Virus record (IMG/VR): IMGVR_UViG_2778260992_000001
DNA: 64,000 nt
Strand: one strand, 5' to 3'
Source of the DNA: a virus
Lineage: Duplodnaviria; Heunggongvirae; Uroviricota; Caudoviricetes
Shown: one piece after another, positions 1 through 9,918 of the stretch
How positions within the stretch are numbered: position 1 is the stretch's first letter
How the letters are laid out: every line of letters begins with the position of its first letter
Notes under the pieces: model-generated
Seen by the model: the letters and a program-made list of their open reading frames with translations, nothing else
Database searches by the model: none
Told to the model about the DNA's origin: nothing
Program-made: the position numbers and the translations under genes

Positions 1-97
1 TATTGACCTGGATACATTGGTAGCCGGTTTAAAACTGGGATAACGGAAATTTCGGCGGTTCCGGCGTAGAACCCCATATCAATTCTATGAGGTAACA

Positions 98-343
98 ATG
101 ACGATCACTATCTACGGACGAGATAACTGCTCATACTGCAAACGTGCGGTCGAGCTGGCGAAGCAACTAAAGGGACATGGCTACGGTGATTATGAGTACA
201 TCGACATCACCACTGCCGGTATCGACAAGGAAAAACTTAGTGAAATTGTTGGTAAACCGGTAGAGACTATCCCCCAGGTACTGATCGATGGCCAACCGAT
301 TGGCGGATACACAGAACTGGCTGCATACGTCAGCACCCTCTGA
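98..343 (+). CDS. glutaredoxin-like redoxin (NrdH / T4 NrdC type)
   Basis: 81 aa; CxxC redox motif (CSYC) near N-terminus; hairpin plus T-tract terminator immediately downstream. Confidence 0.8.
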   Translation: MTITIYGRDNCSYCKRAVELAKQLKGHGYGDYEYIDITTAGIDKEKLSEIVGKPVETIPQVLIDGQPIGGYTELAAYVSTL

Positions 344-349
344 TTTAAA

Positions 350-371
350 CGGCTCACAGGAGCCGTTTTTT
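350..371 (+). terminator. rho-independent terminator after glutaredoxin gene
   Basis: CGGCTC-acag-GAGCCG stem-loop followed by TTTTTT. Confidence 0.7.
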
Positions 372-424
372 ATTCCCACCAAACTCACTCCTGTTTCCCT
401 TAAAATTCAAAAAACAACGTCTAA

Positions 425-455
425 ATGATTCCATACCTACTATGTATGGAATCAT
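425..455. other. 12-bp perfect inverted repeat with 7-bp spacer (candidate recombinase core site)
   Basis: ATGATTCCATAC-ctactat-GTATGGAATCAT, about 100 bp upstream of the tyrosine recombinase gene. Confidence 0.4.
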
Positions 456-508
456 TACTGAAAATGAGTTACTTTTACTCTTGATCCTATAAGAATCTAT
501 GCCTAATA

Positions 509-528
509 TACTGTTTACTTATACAGTG
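509..528. promoter_or_regulatory. LexA (SOS) box-like site upstream of recombinase gene
   Basis: TACTGTTTACTTATACAGTG matches the CTGT-N8-ACAG consensus with an AT-rich spacer. Confidence 0.5.
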
Positions 529-554
529 AATCGGCGTAACTCGGTGATTGTCAT

Positions 555-1658
555 ATGAAAAATAGCTTTGACAGAGCGCGCGCTGCGGAGAACACCTCAA
601 AAGAGGCGATTGAGTATCTCGAAAGAGCATCTCAAATGCAGGCCGTTATGATCTCGCAGGTTAGCAATGACATGAGATTCTCGGACGCTTTCATGTTATT
701 CACTCGCTTATCTCTGCTGATAACCAGACGTCGGCCAGAGATCGCTGTTCATTGTATTTTGATACATGTTTTGCCGCACATTGCCGATGTAAAAGTAAGT
801 GACATTAATAGGTTCATGGTGAACCAGCTGGTCAACCCACTAATACTGGATGGCAAAATTGTTATGGGCCGCCGCGTTTTCTCTCTGATGAAGCAGTTCC
901 TTAGCTGGTGCGCCTTCCAGGGGATGATAGACGTGTCACCGTTAAACGATATGTCACTAAACAAAGTTGCCGGTGGCGCAAAGCCCACACCTCGCGAGCG
1001 GAAGCTGACCGACGCAGAGGTATGGGTGTTCTGGAATATATGGGACTACTTCAATGTGTGCGCTGGTACAAAATGGGCGGCCAGGCTGTGTCTTGTATCA
1101 GCAAGACGACCTGACGAAGTACTGCGGGCTAAAAAAAGTGAGTTCAATCTTAAGCGTGGGGTTTGGAATCAAGGCAAGAGAAACAAGTCAGCACGTGAGC
1201 ATTCGCTGCCTTTAAGCACATTGATGCGCACATGCATTGAAGAGTTGTTCGAATACGGTAAAGACAGCCAGTGGCTCGTGCCTTCGAATAAAAAAATCGG
1301 GAAAGACCTTCCTATGTCTAAAGTGGCAATAGCCCAGGCATTACGTCGTATTCTGGAACGACCAGAACTGATGGAGCTTGAGCCATTTACACCCCGAGAT
1401 TTGCGCCGTACTGCGCGTAGTTACTTCCCAGCATTAGGCATAAGCCAGGAGGTATCACGCAAAATCATGAACCACAGTCTTGAGGGGATAGATCGGGTCT
1501 ACGACCGGCACGATTATATGGACGAGATGCGAGACGCCTTAGAAAGTTTCTCGACGTACATCGCATCAATCGTAGAGCAACCGGATTTAGACGAAATTGA
1601 CCACAAATTCAAGGGAGATCGTCTATCAACAGAGCTTATTCGTGTAAATTTTTCATAG
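555..1658 (+). CDS. tyrosine site-specific recombinase (phage integrase family)
   Basis: C-terminal catalytic region PRDLRRTARSY ... RVYDRHDY typical of P4/CP4-57-type integrases; N-terminal region atypical. Confidence 0.7.
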   Translation: MKNSFDRARAAENTSKEAIEYLERASQMQAVMISQVSNDMRFSDAFMLFTRLSLLITRRRPEIAVHCILIHVLPHIADVKVSDINRFMVNQLVNPLILDGKIVMGRRVFSLMKQFLSWCAFQGMIDVSPLNDMSLNKVAGGAKPTPRERKLTDAEVWVFWNIWDYFNVCAGTKWAARLCLVSARRPDEVLRAKKSEFNLKRGVWNQGKRNKSAREHSLPLSTLMRTCIEELFEYGKDSQWLVPSNKKIGKDLPMSKVAIAQALRRILERPELMELEPFTPRDLRRTARSYFPALGISQEVSRKIMNHSLEGIDRVYDRHDYMDEMRDALESFSTYIASIVEQPDLDEIDHKFKGDRLSTELIRVNFS

Positions 1659-2039
1659 AGACTTTATGGCCTCAACAACCTTTTGTGATGCGCCTTTCTC
1701 TTTACCGAATCGCTCGTTATATGCAGCAAGAACCTGTTTTTCATCCTCGTTAAGAGGAGCGGTGCCTTCTTTGTATAAAAATGCTGCGAGTTCAGGTTGG
1801 CGTTCTTCCAGCACCATCATCATAAGACGACTTGGCTCAATACCCAGCGCCAGCGCCAGCGGACGAACCTTATCGATAGGCAAAGGAATTTTGCCACTTT
1901 TAATTAAAGAAAGGTTGTTGGCATTTTTATAACCAATAAGTCTGGCTATTTGGGCCTGACTCATAGGTGAGGATTCAATCAGCCCTGCGATAAAAGCAGC
2001 ATAGCGACTTTCTATAAATTCAATCTTGTTGTCAGACAT
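1653..2039 (-). CDS. XRE-family helix-turn-helix transcriptional regulator (candidate repressor)
   Basis: 128 aa; HTH segment SQAQIARLIGYKNANNLSLIKSGK; divergent from a small ORF. Confidence 0.65.
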   Translation of the reverse strand: MSDNKIEFIESRYAAFIAGLIESSPMSQAQIARLIGYKNANNLSLIKSGKIPLPIDKVRPLALALGIEPSRLMMMVLEERQPELAAFLYKEGTAPLNEDEKQVLAAYNERFGKEKGASQKVVEAIKSL

Positions 2040-2070
2040 TGTTACAACCTTTGCGCGTTTAATTCTCTCT

Positions 2071-2084
2071 GGTAAGTGCTTACC
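2071..2084. promoter_or_regulatory. perfect palindrome GGTAAGTGCTTACC in XRE regulator promoter region (class-2 operator family)
   Basis: About 30 bp upstream of the XRE start; same core recurs in about 12 other intergenic regions. Confidence 0.5.
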
Positions 2085-2290
2085 GATATTACATCAAAGG
2101 TTAGGGTTGTAAAGCTATTATCATTTTTTTCGGCAGGCACTTGTAAGACCGAGCAAAGGTCCATGCATGGAGAAAAACTAGCCCAAATTAGGTAAGAAAA
2201 TTAACTTGCATCTGATATGGATGTATTCAGTATTGATACATATTTTAGTAGTATTCCTTACCATAGTATAAGTTAGAATGGATTGATTGA

Positions 2291-2503
2291 ATGAAAACCA
2301 CTATTTCCAGCCTAATCGCTCTTGAGATCGGACACGTACAGAAATTAGCTGATGAGTGTGTAGCTGACATCCTCACCGATCTACCGAATGAGCAGATTCA
2401 GGTTGGTGTGAATGACACAACTGGCTTTATATTCGAACTTAACAACAAACGCTTCACGCTTCTCAATACCGGCTCCGGGTCTTTAGCCGTCAGAATCTGT
2501 TAA
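2291..2503 (+). CDS. hypothetical small protein (Cro-like position, divergent from XRE regulator)
   Basis: 70-aa ORF; position only, no recognisable motif. Confidence 0.4.
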   Translation: MKTTISSLIALEIGHVQKLADECVADILTDLPNEQIQVGVNDTTGFIFELNNKRFTLLNTGSGSLAVRIC

Positions 2504-2601
2504 CCCCTCTTCTCCCTGCGCGAATGGCTTAGTTCCCTGTTCGCGCAGTGCTACATTAAACACACTAGTAAATAATTTGTTTTCATAACAAAGGATTAGC
2601 C

Positions 2602-4710
2602 ATGTCTAAAAAACGTTCCATCAAAGAGGTTCAGGACTTCCGTGACAGTGTAAAACGAGTAGTCGCTCTCCTTTCAGGTAAAAACATCCCTGTTGCAGAA
2701 CGAGGGGACGACGCTTATGTACGCTATAACGATGATGGAGAGCCAATTCTCGTAAACATCCCATCAATCCCGGATAACGCAACACCGGCATTGATGAATG
2801 CTGTGCGCGGATTTCTCGATCATGAGGTTGCTCACATTTTGTTTACCGATATTCGTGTGTCCAACAAAATGAAAGAAAAAGGACGCGTTCCTTCCTGGTC
2901 GCTATGGAATGCCTTAGAAGACGTGTTCATCGAGCGAAAAATGGGTCAGGTCTTTAACGGAACAAGACGTAATCTGATGGCAACTCAGCGCCTTATAATC
3001 GAAAAAGTCTTTAAACCAAAGGCTTCAGAGGCTATTGCTTATTGTGGCAAAGATCAGCGCGCGCTTTTTCTAAACTTCTTTCTCTGTCCGGTTGTAAGAG
3101 CCTGGGATGGCCAAGCACCGTTCGTAGATTTCATGGATGAATATTGGCCTGTCATTGAGAAACCAATTTCATTATTAAAAGAACATGGTATCGATGTGGC
3201 CGTGCGTAACATGTCTTGCACCGAGGATTGTGTAAAGGTGGCTGCGACCATAGCTAAGATCCTCAAAGACACTGAAAGTGAAAGCAAAGGTAAGGAGTCA
3301 GCTCCGGGAAAAACTTCCGATCCTTCAGACGCTGACCAGACGGATGCCTCTGGAGAAAACAATGAAGACAACGAAGATCATGAGACACCCTCATTGTTAG
3401 ATAACCACAAATCTATCAAATCAGAATCACACAGTAACCACAAACATGATAATAACAACAGTGATGATTCAGATAATTCTGAATCATCAGAAACAATATT
3501 CGATGATACAGAAAATGATAAAGAGGTATCAGATTCTGATGCTTCTGATAACGCGGCGTCAGAATCATTAACCGCTGACCACGAAAAAAGAAAAACGACA
3601 GAAGACGGCTCTTCAGATATTCCAACTCCGTCAAAAATGAGTCTGGAAGAGGCTTTAGAGGAGCTGGATAGCATAGAAGATGAAGTCGGAGGCATGACAG
3701 AAGATGCTCTATCCGAAACGATTAAAAGCGAGTTAACAGAAAGCTCGAAAAGTGAATACAGGCCATACAATCGCTCATACGACTTCATCGGCTCGATTGA
3801 TCAGGCAGAAGCCCATATCAAACGGCTTATTAAAACATTCTCCGATATTGATTTAGGAGGATATCCAATCAGCCGCTATCGCATCGTTCCTGAAGGCAAC
3901 CAGCTCTTCGACAAATATATTGAAAAGCATCTTTCGTCAGGTGTTTCGTCGACGCTGGCAAAAGACCTGGAGCGAGCAATAGCAAGCAGAAACAGAGTTC
4001 AGTTTATACCGGGCCAGCGTCGGGGGCGCATTCATGGTTCTAGTATCTACAGATTAGCAATGAATGATGATCGCGTGTTTCGTAAAAAAGAAGAATCTAA
4101 AGCCGTTAATGCCTGTGTTCAACAAGTGATTGATTTATCAGGTTCAATGAGTGGTATAACGATACAATTGGCTCTTGCAAGTGCATATACCATCGCCGAT
4201 GCCCTTGATCGAATAAATGTTCCCAACATTATCACCGGCTTCACTACATTTGGTAGTCATATGGCGGCAGGAGAACTTAAGGCTGTCAAGTATGAGTTCT
4301 CTCGCTTTGAATCTTTAATGCTACCTATCATCAAAAATTGGAATGAAAAGGTAAATTCTCGCGAAGTTCGCTCACGTATGGGGTGCGTAGGCTACACATT
4401 CCCACTTCTTAATAACGTGGATGGTGAAAGCATAGCCAGCCTTGCATCGTTATTTTCCGGTCGCATGGAGGACAGGAAGATCATGCTTGTTCTGAGTGAT
4501 GGCGCGCCGTGGGCTGTTGGGAGAGGGTTTGACGCTCATTTGCGTTCGGTTGCGAAACAAATTGAAACGCAGACTGACATTGATTTGATGGCAATTGGCA
4601 TCATGACTGACGCACCGGAGAGATTTTACTCAAATCATGCCCTGGTAACGAGCGTTGATAGTCTTGGTTCATCTGTAGTTACTGAACTATCTCGTATCAT
4701 TTTGAAGTGA
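2602..4710 (+). CDS. CobT-like von Willebrand factor A (vWA) domain protein
   Basis: 702 aa; long acidic Ser/Asp/Glu-rich central region; C-terminal MIDAS motif DLSGSMSG; paired with downstream AAA+ ATPase. Confidence 0.7.
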   Translation: MSKKRSIKEVQDFRDSVKRVVALLSGKNIPVAERGDDAYVRYNDDGEPILVNIPSIPDNATPALMNAVRGFLDHEVAHILFTDIRVSNKMKEKGRVPSWSLWNALEDVFIERKMGQVFNGTRRNLMATQRLIIEKVFKPKASEAIAYCGKDQRALFLNFFLCPVVRAWDGQAPFVDFMDEYWPVIEKPISLLKEHGIDVAVRNMSCTEDCVKVAATIAKILKDTESESKGKESAPGKTSDPSDADQTDASGENNEDNEDHETPSLLDNHKSIKSESHSNHKHDNNNSDDSDNSESSETIFDDTENDKEVSDSDASDNAASESLTADHEKRKTTEDGSSDIPTPSKMSLEEALEELDSIEDEVGGMTEDALSETIKSELTESSKSEYRPYNRSYDFIGSIDQAEAHIKRLIKTFSDIDLGGYPISRYRIVPEGNQLFDKYIEKHLSSGVSSTLAKDLERAIASRNRVQFIPGQRRGRIHGSSIYRLAMNDDRVFRKKEESKAVNACVQQVIDLSGSMSGITIQLALASAYTIADALDRINVPNIITGFTTFGSHMAAGELKAVKYEFSRFESLMLPIIKNWNEKVNSREVRSRMGCVGYTFPLLNNVDGESIASLASLFSGRMEDRKIMLVLSDGAPWAVGRGFDAHLRSVAKQIETQTDIDLMAIGIMTDAPERFYSNHALVTSVDSLGSSVVTELSRIILK

Positions 4711-4805
4711 ATAAAACAGCCTTAATGATAAGTAACCACTTACGATAGTTAATGGTATATTTATATAAGAAGTTGAACGCTCATTAGAGAACAAAGGAAA
4801 AACGC

Positions 4806-6041
4806 ATGACGACTACTGCACTGCAAAATGAAAAAAATCATTCTGATTACCTTGTTTGCAAGTGGTGCGGAAAATCATTTCACTATTTTAAGTCCCATGT
4901 AGCCAATGGTAATTGCGAGGGCATTCCTGAGTCAGTAAAAGATGCCGATCCTGACACCGTACTGAAAATGTACACAACACAGTTTCCAGATGAGCCAACG
5001 CTATCGAAAAAGGCACTTGATGCAATTCAAGCTAAACGTGCCGAGCAAAAAAGCGAAATGGCCAAATCATCTGGCGTGACCAGTAGCCCAGGCTACACAG
5101 GCACAGTTGAGTACAAGACAGATCTGGTCGCAGCTCACGAACTGCTAAATGTAACGGTGAAAGAACTCGGAACAAAACGTGGGACGCCGCTCATGGTTAG
5201 CGTCAACGTCAATACGCCGTTTCCAGAGTTCGTTCCAGAAGTGAAGAAGGGATACGTATATGGCGACTTCGAACTGATCAAAGACATTTTCATGATGCTT
5301 GAACTTGGCATACCTGGCTATTTGTGGGGTCATGCAGGAACAGGCAAATCTTCATTGCCTACACAACTATGTGCTTTGCTCAATCGTCCGTTAATCCGTG
5401 CCCAACATACAGCATCAATGGAAGAGGCTCATGTTACGGGACAAATTCTGGCGCGTGATGGCTCTACGTATTTCGAGCCTGGCTTGCTTGCGCTCGCAAT
5501 GAAGCATGGCTGGGTTTACCTCGCGGATGAATACGACTTTGCGTTTCCACAGATTCTTGGCGTGTATCAGCCAGTGCTGGAAGGTGAAGCGTTGGTCATC
5601 AAAGAGGCGACTCCAGAATGGCGTCGCATTACTCCGCATGAACGGTTTGCTTTCATTGGCACTGGCAACACGAACGGATCTGGTGATGAAACCGGCTTGT
5701 ACCAGGGTACAAACATCCAGAACGCCGCGAACTTTTCGCGTTTTGGCATCGTTTCGAATGTGAAATACATGAGCAAAGAGGCAGAGATCAACATGTTGAT
5801 AAATGCCGGTATCGTGGATGAATACGCAGAAAAGATGGTTAAGTTTGCCGGTATCGTTCGCGATGGATACGAAGAACACCTTATCAGTCAGCCAATTGGC
5901 CCTCGTGAACTTTTGTTGTCGGCCAAGATTGGAATGATGCGAGGCGACTTTGTGACAGGTATTGAGCGTTCTTTCATTAACAAACTCCCTTCAGCTTCTG
6001 CGCAAGCGGCACGTGAAGTTGTTCAAAAAATATTTGGTTAA
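4806..6041 (+). CDS. CobS-like / MoxR-family AAA+ ATPase
   Basis: Walker A GHAGTGKS, Walker B-like VYLADEYD; partner of the vWA protein. Confidence 0.7.
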   Translation: MTTTALQNEKNHSDYLVCKWCGKSFHYFKSHVANGNCEGIPESVKDADPDTVLKMYTTQFPDEPTLSKKALDAIQAKRAEQKSEMAKSSGVTSSPGYTGTVEYKTDLVAAHELLNVTVKELGTKRGTPLMVSVNVNTPFPEFVPEVKKGYVYGDFELIKDIFMMLELGIPGYLWGHAGTGKSSLPTQLCALLNRPLIRAQHTASMEEAHVTGQILARDGSTYFEPGLLALAMKHGWVYLADEYDFAFPQILGVYQPVLEGEALVIKEATPEWRRITPHERFAFIGTGNTNGSGDETGLYQGTNIQNAANFSRFGIVSNVKYMSKEAEINMLINAGIVDEYAEKMVKFAGIVRDGYEEHLISQPIGPRELLLSAKIGMMRGDFVTGIERSFINKLPSASAQAAREVVQKIFG

Positions 6042-6221
6042 TCGTGCGTAAAGGATGTTTCGGCTCTCTTATCGCTGCTTCTGAAACTGGTAAGGCTTGT
6101 CTGGTGTGTCCAGACAAGCCCGATTGTCACCAATCAGCAAAAGAAGTTGCGATTTCGATGCATGGGAAGTTCGTAGGCTTCCCAAATGACAAAATCAAAA
6201 AAACCAGAAAGGTAAAAACAC

Positions 6222-9200
6222 ATGAAGGCACTGATGGTTCGAACTGACTTCTCACTTGGGGAGTCGGCTCTTAAAGCAGAAAACGCGGTGAAGATTGCCA
6301 GAGAAGCTGGCTACACCGCTGTAATTTCAGCAGATAGCATGAATATTGCGAGTGTTATTCCACTACAACGTGCCGCTGGTGACGACATGGCGGTTATTTG
6401 TGGTGTGAAACTAAACATCGTTGATGATCCCACATACGAGCACCGGGCTAAACTTGTTAAAGAATCTAAGGGATGTATGGAATCATTAGAGCGAGGACGT
6501 AACTACTCGTTTACCGCTCTAATTAAAAATGAGCAAGGATATCGCGACATCTGCGAACTAATGACGGTGGCCAACACACGAGAACAGTTCTACTTTGTAC
6601 CGCGTCTCTCGCTCGAACAGTTGGTTTCTACATATGCCAAAGGCAACATCATCCTGCTCACTTCCGACATCGGTAGCGTGTTCCAACGCAACGATTTTGC
6701 AAAAATCATAAGCACACTGATTACAGCGGGTGGAAAAGACAACTTCTATAGTGTGGTTTATCCGCACCCTACCCCATTCTACGACCAGATTAACGTCCGG
6801 GCGATGAAAGTCGCCAGCGCACTGAAAATAGAGCCAGTAGCGTTCTATCCCGCTTATTACGAATCGATCGACGATGCAGACATTAAAGACATTGCGCACA
6901 TGGTTATGAACAACATCAAAATCGACCAGCCGCATCGTCTGCGTATCCCCCACCAGCGAGATAACGCCGTCAATGGTCGCCGCCATCTCCTTGAGGCGCT
7001 TAAAGCCTTCTCCGTTCGCATGGATGTGCCGGTAACAGCTGCAATGGCCTCAACAACGCAGGATACCATTATCGATGCCTGCACATGGCGCTGGCATGAA
7101 TTGCCACCAGCACTGCCAAAGATGGCAGACGACGAGCCTGCAACGCTGATGAAACTGGCCGTTGCTGGGCTGCGTAAACGTCTTACCACAAAAGAGTTTG
7201 GCTACACACCACCGGCTTCTGAGAACAGGATTTATGTTGAACGGCTTAAGTACGAAATGGACACGCTTACTCGCCTGGGATTTTGTGGTTACTTCCTGAT
7301 GGTACGCGATCTGATGAATCACAGCCGTGAAGCTGGCATTCCTGTCGGGCCTGGTCGTGGCTCCTCCGCTGGCTCTCTGGTGGCATGGTGCATAGGTATA
7401 ACCAACGTCGATCCTATCCGTCACGGTCTTCTGTTTGAACGTTTCATCAACCCTGAGCGTCTCGACTTGCCGGATGCGGATTTGGACTTCAGCCAGGCAC
7501 GTCGCCATGAAGTGATCGAGTATCTGAATGAACGCTACGGCGAAGATTACGTTGCGGGTATTCCGAACTTCACATATCTGGGCGCAGCCTCTGCACTACG
7601 TGACACCGCTCGTATTTATGGTGTGGAGTCCGCAGATATGGCGGTATCAAAAGAACTGAAGAACGTCGAGGATGATAGCCTTCCACTGGAGGAGCTGCGC
7701 GAACAACTGGCAAGTCTCGACAAATACGCGACAAAATACCCTGATGCATTCAATGCAGCCTGCAAGTTACAAAGCCTTATGCGTGGCTTTGGTAGACATG
7801 CGGCAGGGATGATCGTAGCAGGTGTTCCTCTGACAGAACGTACACCGGTTGAGCGCCGTGGTGACGCGCGTTGTATCGCATTTGACAAGCGTTACTGCGA
7901 GGCTATGGGCCTAATTAAGCTGGACGTGCTTGGCCTGGCAACTCTCGATTTGCTCGATAGTGCAAAACGCTACATTAAAGAGAACACAGGTGAAGATATC
8001 AATCTTGATGCCATATCTCTTGAAGATCGCAAGGTGCTGGATGGTTTTGCTGCTGGGTACACTCAAGGTGTTTTCCAGCTTGAATCAGGCCCAATGCGCA
8101 AGCTGCTTAAAGATTTAGGTGGTGGAATTGAGCCAATGAGCTTTAAAACGGTCGTCGCTACGACTGCGCTCTTCCGGCCGGGGCCAATTCAGTCAGGCAT
8201 GTTGGATGACTATGTTTCTGTAGCCAAAGGCTTTATGACGCCGGAATCATTACACCCCGTTCTTGATGAGCTTACCGCAGAAACCAACGGTGTGATTCTC
8301 TATCAGGAGCAGACGATGAACGCGACCCGATTGCTTGCCGGCTTCACAATGGCTGAAGCTGACGGCGTTCGTAAAGCGATCGGCAAAAAAGATATGGAAA
8401 AAATGAAGAGCATGGGCGAGAAGTTCATCGTTCAGGCTCAAGCTGGCTGGATAGACGTTGAGCTGGAAGATGGCACTACACAGCGCATTCACCGTGCGGA
8501 ACATTTTAAATGCGAAGACGGAACTCTGAAAACTGTCGAAGAGGCACTTGAGCACGGCGCAAAACTACCTATAAACGCAGTACGCGTGACAGCGTCACAC
8601 CCAGGGCTATCAGAGATGAAAGCGAAGGAGATCTGGACCGCATTCGAAAAAAATGGTGCCTACCAGTTCAACAAATCACACTCTGTTGCTTACTCCTTAA
8701 TCAGTTATCAATCTATGTGGTTGAAAACTCATTATCCCGCAGAGTTTTTCGCTGCTGCTCTTACTATTCTTGGTGAAGATAAACACCAGGGGCTGGTTAA
8801 AGATGCGCTGACCTATGGCATTCGCGTATTGCCACCAGACGTTAATGTGTCATCTAACCGAATAGAGATCCGCACGCTTGAAGATGGCAGCCAGGTGCTG
8901 TTAGCGCCTTTCTCTGCTGTGAAGGGGTGTTCAGAGAATGGCTGCCAAGCCATCATGAGAGCGCGTGAAAAAGTTGGAGGTAAATTCGAGTCACTGGCGC
9001 AATTCGAAGAAGCTGTCGAGAAACGTGCCTGTAATAGTCGAGTACGCGAATCACTGCAAAAAGTAGGGGCGTTTGCATCCATTGAGCCTGGTAGTCTGCC
9101 AGCAACTGATCCAGAGCGTCTCCGCGACCAAGCAGAATTGATGGGAAACCTTGTCATAGACGCAGTTAAAGCCTCACGTCCGTTTGAAATGAACCCCAAA

Positions 9201-9740
9201 CGATCGGCTGAAATTAACGTGCTCATGACACGGATGGCGGCTGAAATGGGTTTAGGTGATGAACTAATCCGCCCCAGCATTGGTATTAAGCCGAAAATCA
9301 TGATCATTCTGGACAATGCGAACGGCAATGATGCTCGAACCGGTTACTTTATGGAGAACGGATACGACGATTTTAAGGCCAAGTTGCTGACGGCCGGAGA
9401 TTTGCGTATGGGCGATCTCTATGTCACAGGCGTTTGCAAGAAGGTTAAAGACAAAGAAAAAGACTACACCAAAGACGAGATCGGCCAGTTCACCGACTTT
9501 ATGCGTGAAGAGATCAATCTGGTGCGTCCGACCTATGTTCTGACGTGTGGTAGTCGGGCGACGTCGCTCTTCAACAACAAGAGCAAACCATCCGACCTGG
9601 TTGGACGCAAAGAGTATCTGCCAGAGCTGGATGTGACCGTTTTCTACGGCTTTAACCCGAATATTTTGTACTTTCGTCCAGAGGAAGGCGAGAAGCTGGA
9701 AGCAATTCTGGCAGAGGTAGCGGAGACTATTAGCAAATGA
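6222..9740 (+). CDS. dnaE: DNA polymerase III alpha-type (DnaE family) replicative polymerase
   Basis: 1172 aa; N-terminal PHP-like region; conserved GPGRGSSAGSLVAWCIGIT and LDLPDADLDF motifs of Pol III alpha. Confidence 0.9.
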   Translation: MKALMVRTDFSLGESALKAENAVKIAREAGYTAVISADSMNIASVIPLQRAAGDDMAVICGVKLNIVDDPTYEHRAKLVKESKGCMESLERGRNYSFTALIKNEQGYRDICELMTVANTREQFYFVPRLSLEQLVSTYAKGNIILLTSDIGSVFQRNDFAKIISTLITAGGKDNFYSVVYPHPTPFYDQINVRAMKVASALKIEPVAFYPAYYESIDDADIKDIAHMVMNNIKIDQPHRLRIPHQRDNAVNGRRHLLEALKAFSVRMDVPVTAAMASTTQDTIIDACTWRWHELPPALPKMADDEPATLMKLAVAGLRKRLTTKEFGYTPPASENRIYVERLKYEMDTLTRLGFCGYFLMVRDLMNHSREAGIPVGPGRGSSAGSLVAWCIGITNVDPIRHGLLFERFINPERLDLPDADLDFSQARRHEVIEYLNERYGEDYVAGIPNFTYLGAASALRDTARIYGVESADMAVSKELKNVEDDSLPLEELREQLASLDKYATKYPDAFNAACKLQSLMRGFGRHAAGMIVAGVPLTERTPVERRGDARCIAFDKRYCEAMGLIKLDVLGLATLDLLDSAKRYIKENTGEDINLDAISLEDRKVLDGFAAGYTQGVFQLESGPMRKLLKDLGGGIEPMSFKTVVATTALFRPGPIQSGMLDDYVSVAKGFMTPESLHPVLDELTAETNGVILYQEQTMNATRLLAGFTMAEADGVRKAIGKKDMEKMKSMGEKFIVQAQAGWIDVELEDGTTQRIHRAEHFKCEDGTLKTVEEALEHGAKLPINAVRVTASHPGLSEMKAKEIWTAFEKNGAYQFNKSHSVAYSLISYQSMWLKTHYPAEFFAAALTILGEDKHQGLVKDALTYGIRVLPPDVNVSSNRIEIRTLEDGSQVLLAPFSAVKGCSENGCQAIMRAREKVGGKFESLAQFEEAVEKRACNSRVRESLQKVGAFASIEPGSLPATDPERLRDQAELMGNLVIDAVKASRPFEMNPKRSAEINVLMTRMAAEMGLGDELIRPSIGIKPKIMIILDNANGNDARTGYFMENGYDDFKAKLLTAGDLRMGDLYVTGVCKKVKDKEKDYTKDEIGQFTDFMREEINLVRPTYVLTCGSRATSLFNNKSKPSDLVGRKEYLPELDVTVFYGFNPNILYFRPEEGEKLEAILAEVAETISK

Positions 9741-9874
9741 ACAAAGAGAACACCATAAAGGTGGTCAAAGAATTTATGGAAGTGAACAGATTGGCGATGT
9801 GAGACAGTATCGGCTGAAGCGTCAAACCAGAGTAACGCGATCCAACATTTTTAGTAAGAAAGTCGCTTAATTGT

Positions 9875-9898
9875 AAGGCTCGCTAAGTAGCGAGCCTT
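9875..9898. terminator. stem-loop between dnaE and the convergent AT-rich ORF
   Basis: AAGGCTCGCT-aagt-AGCGAGCCTT; weak T-tract. Confidence 0.45.
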
Positions 9899-9918
9899 AA
9901 TAGCAACAATAAGAGGAC

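Noticed and set aside
6044-6247. 67-aa ORF between the cobS-like gene and dnaE
   Set aside because: Overlaps the dnaE start and its RBS region; Cys-rich but with no clear initiation signal; left unannotated as doubtful.
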